Virus record (IMG/VR): IMGVR_UViG_3300009130_000028
Span: 1,441 to 65,440 of that record
DNA length: 64,000 bases
Strand: one strand, 5' to 3'
Source: a virus
Taxonomy: Duplodnaviria > Caudoviricetes
This document shows positions 58,347-64,000 of this stretch, piece after piece. Numbering within the stretch: the first letter of the stretch is position 1; each line of letters starts with the position of its first letter. The position numbers were made by a program, and so were the translations under genes. The notes below the pieces were generated by a model. It made no database searches, was not told where the DNA came from, and saw nothing but the letters and a program-made list of their open reading frames with translations.

Positions 58347-59664
58347 TTAATTCGGGGTCTACAGTGTCAGGAATATCTCCTTCGCTTATGTACTTGGTTA
58401 GCTCTGGCTTGAACTTTATTTTAGCCACTCCTGTTCCTACGTTCCTACCTTTTGCTACTATAAGCTCTGCCTCTTGTGTGTCGGTGTTGCTTACGTTTAG
58501 GTAGTACTCTTCTCTGTAGCAGAATATAACAGTGTCGGCTGCTTGTTCAATCTCTCCTGATTCTCTTAGGTCGCTTAGCGTTGGTCTTTTATCTTCTCTC
58601 ATTGCCAATGCTCTGTTTAGTTGTGATAACGCTACTATGGTTATCCCTAGCTTCTTAGCTGTGTTCTTTAGTGTTCTTGCTATAGTTGCTACCTCTTGCT
58701 CTCTATTGCCCTTTATAGAGCATTGTACTAGCTGTAAGTAATCTATTATAGCTACATCTAATCCATCTCTTATCTTCCACTTACGCAGCTTATTTACTAT
58801 TTGCGTGAGACTTGAGGTCGTGCTGTCCATAAAGAACTTTGTTTTACCCAGCTTGTTTAATGTTCCTTTTATTTTAACCTTTTCTATTTCGTCATACTCC
58901 TTATATCTAATTCTCCTAAATGGAACATCAGTCTCATTGCTTATTATCCTAGCCATTAGTTGGTTGTCATTCATCTCCATATTAATCATTCCTACAGTCT
59001 TCTTATTGTTAAGGAAGTTTATGGCTAGCTTTATAGCTAATGATGTCTTACCCATAGAGGCTGCTCCTGCTACTATTATTAAGTCAGAAGGTTCAAATCC
59101 ACCTATTATCTTATCTAGTTCAGATATCTTGGTTTTGATTACTACCTCTTCTATGCTTTTCTTTTGGTCTTCTTCAAAGAGCTTTATGCACTTAACTATA
59201 TCTAGTTCTCCTTCTTCTTTGTCTCCTAGGGATACTAGTTGTTCTGTTAAGTTCTCTATTATTTTGCTGCTCTCTATCTCTCCGTCTCCTTCCATCTTTT
59301 CTTTTATCTCATAGATGACTCTATATATCTTTCTTTTTCTATAGAGTTCGTCTAGTATAGAGATGTAATCTTCTAACGCATAGTTTGAATTAGCTTTTCC
59401 TGCTACCTCTGTTAGATAGTCAGTGATGCTACACTCCTTGTACAATGGTGGTATGGAGTTTATATTATCCAAACATGTCTGGGTTACGGTGACAATATCT
59501 ATTGCCTTATCTCTTGCTGTCTTTTGTATTTGTTCAAATACCCATTGATTTAAATTATCAAAGAATAGTTCTTTATGTAAATCTTCTGAGTATTTATAAT
59601 AGGAGTCCTTGTAAGACAGTAATACTCCTATTGTGTGTTCCTCTACATTCGTATTATTTAGCAT
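58336..59664 (-). CDS. dnaB: replicative DNA helicase
   Basis: LIIVAGAASMGKTS; NMEM; IDYLQL; ALSQLNR; SDLRESGEIEQAAD; KGRNVG. Confidence 0.97.
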   Translation of the reverse strand: MLNNTNVEEHTIGVLLSYKDSYYKYSEDLHKELFFDNLNQWVFEQIQKTARDKAIDIVTVTQTCLDNINSIPPLYKECSITDYLTEVAGKANSNYALEDYISILDELYRKRKIYRVIYEIKEKMEGDGEIESSKIIENLTEQLVSLGDKEEGELDIVKCIKLFEEDQKKSIEEVVIKTKISELDKIIGGFEPSDLIIVAGAASMGKTSLAIKLAINFLNNKKTVGMINMEMNDNQLMARIISNETDVPFRRIRYKEYDEIEKVKIKGTLNKLGKTKFFMDSTTSSLTQIVNKLRKWKIRDGLDVAIIDYLQLVQCSIKGNREQEVATIARTLKNTAKKLGITIVALSQLNRALAMREDKRPTLSDLRESGEIEQAADTVIFCYREEYYLNVSNTDTQEAELIVAKGRNVGTGVAKIKFKPELTKYISEGDIPDTVDPELIES

Positions 59665-59666
59665 AA

Positions 59667-60587
59667 TTAATCATATTGATAGTATTCTTTTAGTTCGTTT
59701 ATTGATGACTCTCCTAGTTTAAACTCTTCGCATACCTTTCTGTTCTCCCAGTCATTCTCATTAGTCCATGGCAGCTTTATCATATCTGATGCCATTTCTT
59801 CTCTGCACCCTAAACATACATAGCAACACCATGATTCTATGTATTCTGGTTGTTCATCTAGCCAACCAGGGTCGCCACAGTAGTCACAGCACTTGCTTTC
59901 TTCTACAAGTTTAAGTTGGTTGCTGTCTGCGTCTATGTCGTTATGCTCTCTTTCTTCACTCCAAACATTCCTGTTGAAGTATGAGCCAAATCCAATTGAG
60001 CTTTGTGTTCTTTTTGGATAAAGTGTTTTCGACATAGTATAGCCTCTTGATTCTACCCAATTTCCTAGTGTTAATAAACCTAGTCTGTGGTGTAGTAATA
60101 CTAGCCTGCTGTCATCTACGAATTTAAGAATTAATTTCTGTAATATCTTGTTTTCATAGATTTCTTTTTGGGATAATTTAGATAAATACCAGGTAGCAAA
60201 TCGTTGGGTATCACTTACGTCTTTCCTGTCGTTTAAATCACTTATAACTCCATTGTGCATTAACAAGGTTTTCTTTGTGTTTAACCCTTCTATTCTCTTC
60301 CTTATCCTTTTATTCTTTGTTATCTCAAAAGGATGTGTGGTAAATGAATCTTTCTTTCCTGATGTTGCCCATCTGAAATGCATTATCACTGTATCCTTTT
60401 TTCCAAACCTATGATTATTTATGCGGTCAATAAACTTATCTTTTTCCATAAACCCTTTTTCATAGTTTACTGTTTTGTTTCTTATCCACATAAATCCTGC
60501 ACCATGGGGGTTGTCATCCCATGCATCGTCTATTATTTCTCTTGAAGGCATAGACTCACCTTCTTTCTTTATTATAATTATACACAT
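59667..60587 (-). CDS. class II (Ntn) glutamine amidotransferase with C-terminal Zn finger
   Basis: N-terminal MC; NPHGAG; HFRWATSG; HPF; HNGVI; SDT. Confidence 0.9.
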   Translation of the reverse strand: MCIIIIKKEGESMPSREIIDDAWDDNPHGAGFMWIRNKTVNYEKGFMEKDKFIDRINNHRFGKKDTVIMHFRWATSGKKDSFTTHPFEITKNKRIRKRIEGLNTKKTLLMHNGVISDLNDRKDVSDTQRFATWYLSKLSQKEIYENKILQKLILKFVDDSRLVLLHHRLGLLTLGNWVESRGYTMSKTLYPKRTQSSIGFGSYFNRNVWSEEREHNDIDADSNQLKLVEESKCCDYCGDPGWLDEQPEYIESWCCYVCLGCREEMASDMIKLPWTNENDWENRKVCEEFKLGESSINELKEYYQYD

Positions 60588-60588
60588 A

Positions 60589-61881
60589 TTAGTATGTTAA
60601 TTTTGGCTTATTTGTTATTAAGCCTTTGCTTTTTAGAAAATCTAGCAGTGTCTTATGATATCCAGTTCTTATGACATATGTTACGTATGTGTTCCATAGT
60701 GTCATTTCAGTAGAAGATTTTACGAATTTATATGATACCTTTTCCATAAAATGTACTAATGAATTTACAAACTCTACGCTTGCCCAGAATCTATCGAATC
60801 CTAATGTGCCTCTGAATATTCTAAACTCTATAGTGCTGCTTCTTCTGCAGTTTATTGCTGCATATCTTTCCATGTTATACGGACCTCCGCTTGACCAGTC
60901 TTGTCCTTTTAACACTATAGCAGAGTCATTCCAATGTCGATACTCTTCTGGTTGAAATATCTTACACCATCTACTCATTTCTGTACCAGTTCTTTGTGAT
61001 ATTTTAATAACTTGAGATTGACATTTTGCAAAGAACATTATCATCTTCCAAACATTAAATGCATTGATTTCATTCTTTGAAACATGTATATGAAGTCCAC
61101 AATTGCCAGCAGAATATGCTTTAGCTCCAAGATTAGAAAGAGTTTCTAGTTTACTTCTAAAGTTTTCCTTTTTTAATTTCTCAAATGTCATTGGATGTGT
61201 TACAATCTCAAATCCATTTATTGAGCCATCTTCTTTGAAGTAGTATTTATCTGGGTCTAAAGTATCTTCTATGTTGTCAAGAACATAATCAGTATCACAG
61301 TCTAGCTCTATTTCCAGCCCAAAGAATAATTCTCTTTCTTTGTTAAGGGTGTAATAGTTGAAATCTGGAACATAATTATATGCTCTTAATCTTCTGCAAT
61401 TGGTTGATTCACATGATTCACAATACCATTCATCTTCAGAGTCTACAAAGTTCATATTATCTATATGACCTGTCCAATCACATGCGTAACATGTTCTGTA
61501 ATTATCGCTATTACAGTCTGGGCATACTCTGTGGTCTTGAGAATCTATGTAGTATGAATCATCAACATCTGCTGTTTCTCCGCAATCACTGCATGGAAAA
61601 TATGCTTCATCATAACAGCTTAGGCAATAAGATTCGCCATCTAATCCAACATTTCTTTCGTTTACTAGAATACATTCATCGCAACCAACGCATTCTACCG
61701 TATGTTCATCCTTTTGTCCTATTGTTACGTATCCACCTAATACATCGCAGCTTATTCTTTCCTGCCTGGGATACCATTTTAGGTCATAGTCTGATTGGAA
61801 ATAATGGAAATCTCTACATTCTAGGCATACTTCAATCTCTAGGTTAACATCACTAGTTGTTTGACATATATTGCATTTCAT
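60589..61881 (-). CDS. amidoligase (COOH-NH2 ligase type 2) with N-terminal CxxC repeats
   Basis: FGLEIE; EDGSI..FEIVTHP; CGLHIHVS; RYAAIN; TIEFRIFRG. Confidence 0.88.
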   Translation of the reverse strand: MKCNICQTTSDVNLEIEVCLECRDFHYFQSDYDLKWYPRQERISCDVLGGYVTIGQKDEHTVECVGCDECILVNERNVGLDGESYCLSCYDEAYFPCSDCGETADVDDSYYIDSQDHRVCPDCNSDNYRTCYACDWTGHIDNMNFVDSEDEWYCESCESTNCRRLRAYNYVPDFNYYTLNKERELFFGLEIELDCDTDYVLDNIEDTLDPDKYYFKEDGSINGFEIVTHPMTFEKLKKENFRSKLETLSNLGAKAYSAGNCGLHIHVSKNEINAFNVWKMIMFFAKCQSQVIKISQRTGTEMSRWCKIFQPEEYRHWNDSAIVLKGQDWSSGGPYNMERYAAINCRRSSTIEFRIFRGTLGFDRFWASVEFVNSLVHFMEKVSYKFVKSSTEMTLWNTYVTYVIRTGYHKTLLDFLKSKGLITNKPKLTY

Positions 61882-62784
61882 TTACGCTATAGATAACTTT
61901 TGCATCATTTGCTCTCCAAACTTCTCTAGTGTTTCGTGTATTATAACCATATCAGTGTTGTCTGGTTTTATGTTTTGTGTTCCTGCTTGAAACATATCCC
62001 ATCCTGTTAGGTCGTCAGAGCCATCCTTTTCTTCTCTTTTAGTCATTACTTCCCTGGTCATAGCTACACTTTGTGTTATGTTCAGTATTGTTGCTTTTCT
62101 GTTATTGTTGTTTTTGATTGAATGTTCTAGAAAATCAGAGCATAGTAGCTTCTGTTCTGATTTGGCTAATGAAAACTCAGAAAGTTTTTGAATTAGTTTA
62201 ATATCTTCTTCAAACTTTTCTTTTGTTTTAAGAATCTTTTCTTTAACCAGGTCTTTAAGGTTTTCAAAAGACATCTTCCTTGGTCCATATGTGGAATATG
62301 AAGTTCCACCTAGTACACACATATTAGAACATACAAATACATTAGTTCCTATGGCTATTGATATACCTTTGTCATTATAAGATATACCAATTGTAGGTTC
62401 TATTTTTGTTTTGTCTATTCTACCATTAATCCATTCGCCAAGCTCTAGCTCCTTTTCCATCTTTGGTGCTGACAGCTGTACGACTGCTCTTTCAACAAGT
62501 ATGTTAGATACAGGACATGCATCCTTTGCTGTGCCTTTAAAGTTGATTCTCTTTGCATGTCTTGCACTTACATATATTGGTGACATCTGTACTGCTCCAA
62601 CTGTGTCTTCGTATAACTGTGAAATGTAAGTAATTAGTTCATGATGCATTACTGGTCTGTTACTGGGCATTCCGCCTCTAGCCAGCTGCTCATTTGCTGA
62701 ATTCCTTAGCATTGTTAGGTTGAATTTCTCAACAGGGTTATTGAATAACACTTCTTGTTTAGTATCTACGATTTCTGTTTTCAT
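61882..62784 (-). CDS. DUF932-like protein
   Basis: IGISY......IAIG..VFVCSN; W..FQA.T..IK. Confidence 0.6.
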   Translation of the reverse strand: MKTEIVDTKQEVLFNNPVEKFNLTMLRNSANEQLARGGMPSNRPVMHHELITYISQLYEDTVGAVQMSPIYVSARHAKRINFKGTAKDACPVSNILVERAVVQLSAPKMEKELELGEWINGRIDKTKIEPTIGISYNDKGISIAIGTNVFVCSNMCVLGGTSYSTYGPRKMSFENLKDLVKEKILKTKEKFEEDIKLIQKLSEFSLAKSEQKLLCSDFLEHSIKNNNNRKATILNITQSVAMTREVMTKREEKDGSDDLTGWDMFQAGTQNIKPDNTDMVIIHETLEKFGEQMMQKLSIA

Positions 62785-62786
62785 TT

Positions 62787-63161
62787 TTACTTATCTTTTA
62801 TTGTTTGCGTTGTTTCTGGTAGCTCTAAGTATTTTTGTTTGATTTCGTTATACTTAGATTCTATTTCTTTATCTACTTCTATTAAATTGCTTATGTTTCT
62901 TACTCCATAGAGTATTGTTGCGTGGTCTTTGTTAAAATAACTTCCTATTTTAGCAAATTCCTTTTGGTCTTCTTCTCTGAGGATTTTAAACATTATTTGC
63001 CTTGCTTCTACTACCCTTCTTTCTCTGGTTTTTGATGTTATTTGTTCCTTCTTAACACCCGTTACTGATGAAGTGATGTAGACAAGTCTTGTAGTGTCTC
63101 TTTTACCTCTTATTATTGCTGGTATTGAAAAGTAATTCATTTTTCTTTTCATTAGTTTCAT
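62787..63161 (-). CDS. stand-alone DnaA C-terminal (domain IV) HTH protein
   Basis: SKTRERRVVEARQI...IGSYFNKDHATILYG. Confidence 0.88.
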   Translation of the reverse strand: MKLMKRKMNYFSIPAIIRGKRDTTRLVYITSSVTGVKKEQITSKTRERRVVEARQIMFKILREEDQKEFAKIGSYFNKDHATILYGVRNISNLIEVDKEIESKYNEIKQKYLELPETTQTIKDK

Positions 63162-63162
63162 G

Positions 63163-63678
63163 TTAATACAATTTTCTAAAATCTTTAGGAGCTTTTATGT
63201 ATTTAGTATTCCAATACGTTCCATTTATAAAATAAGTCCATACTGATTCTGTCTTTTCATTTATTATGACCTCAGTAAGTTCTCTTTTATAAAGGGTGGG
63301 ATGCCCTTCAAGAAAGTCTAATGAATATAGTGTTTCTGGAGAATCTATTTCAAATATTTCTCCATATACTCCACCATTATTATCTTCTTCCTTGTGCATA
63401 AATGGAATTCCTGCTCCTGAAAATTTATGTTGCTTTTTGGTTATTGCTTTTCCAATAAACTTTGATTTGTATAAAAGTCTATTGTTTGCATAACCATTCA
63501 TTAATGTTCCATAGACGAATATTCTTTTGTTTATATCCAGAGCTTTTATTTCATCTGAATATAAGTCATATTGATAATAGTGATATTCGTCATCTAGATT
63601 AATAGCATCTTGCATTTCTTGCCAGCTGCCATGTTCTTCATTGGCTTTTTCTATAGCCAAGTCTTTCATTTTACCCAT
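63163..63678 (-). CDS. gamma-glutamylcyclotransferase (AIG2/YtfP-like)
   Basis: IFVYGTLM.G; V.GEIFEI; LDFLEG.P..Y.R; W.Y. Confidence 0.9.
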   Translation of the reverse strand: MGKMKDLAIEKANEEHGSWQEMQDAINLDDEYHYYQYDLYSDEIKALDINKRIFVYGTLMNGYANNRLLYKSKFIGKAITKKQHKFSGAGIPFMHKEEDNNGGVYGEIFEIDSPETLYSLDFLEGHPTLYKRELTEVIINEKTESVWTYFINGTYWNTKYIKAPKDFRKLY

Positions 63679-63730
63679 GTATTATTATTTTAAGGGTTGC
63701 TAAAAAAAACACCAGAAGAAAAAGAGAAAG

Positions 63731-63991
63731 TTAGTTAAATCTTTCCCTACCATTCTTCCATCTCTTGATTGTTTTATTAAGTGCTTCTTTTAAGTTGTAA
63801 AACTCACCATGTGGTATTTTATGGGATATGTGGTACATAACCTTATTATTGTATATAACCTCCACTGCATCGAACTTATGCTCTAAGAATAGCTTACAAG
63901 CATTATACGACGCAATTTCTATTGAGGTATATTCATTAAATATTGTTGATGGAGATTCCTCATCATCCCAGTATTTACATATGTATTTCAT
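63731..63991 (-). CDS. hypothetical protein
   Basis: 86-aa ORF. Confidence 0.6.
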   Translation of the reverse strand: MKYICKYWDDEESPSTIFNEYTSIEIASYNACKLFLEHKFDAVEVIYNNKVMYHISHKIPHGEFYNLKEALNKTIKRWKNGRERFN

Positions 63992-64000
63992 AGTAGTGAT

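Noticed and set aside
1-64000. tRNA genes, integrase or prophage boundaries
   Set aside because: No cloverleaf with T-loop consensus noticed in the few intergenic gaps, and no integrase or host genes; a tRNAscan-SE run would confirm

Overview
The window is most of the genome of a crAss-like (Crassvirales-type) podophage, probably infecting an environmental Bacteroidota (Flavobacteriia-like) host. It uses the standard genetic code. A plus-strand late block (about 6.2-53.3 kb) has the crAss gene order: terminase, portal, acidic scaffold-like protein, major capsid, ring/tail-tube proteins, IHF-like protein, tail stabiliser, ejection (cargo) proteins, tail hub/fibres, a LamG adhesin and lysis genes. 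The cargo proteins include a 4479-aa virion RNA polymerase with a DFDGD motif. Minus-strand early/middle genes flank this block. On the right are DnaB, a RecE-like nuclease, RusA-like, NinB-like and SSB-like genes, a stand-alone DnaA C-terminal domain, and a glutamine amidotransferase + amidoligase + gamma-glutamylcyclotransferase module. On the left are small orphan genes. The divergence point (4.2-6.2 kb) is the most unusual part: an AT-rich tract with phased ACCTAGGT palindromes, an orphan 322-aa gene and a densely folded ~270-nt non-coding element. All calls come from motifs and synteny read by eye; no database searches were run.
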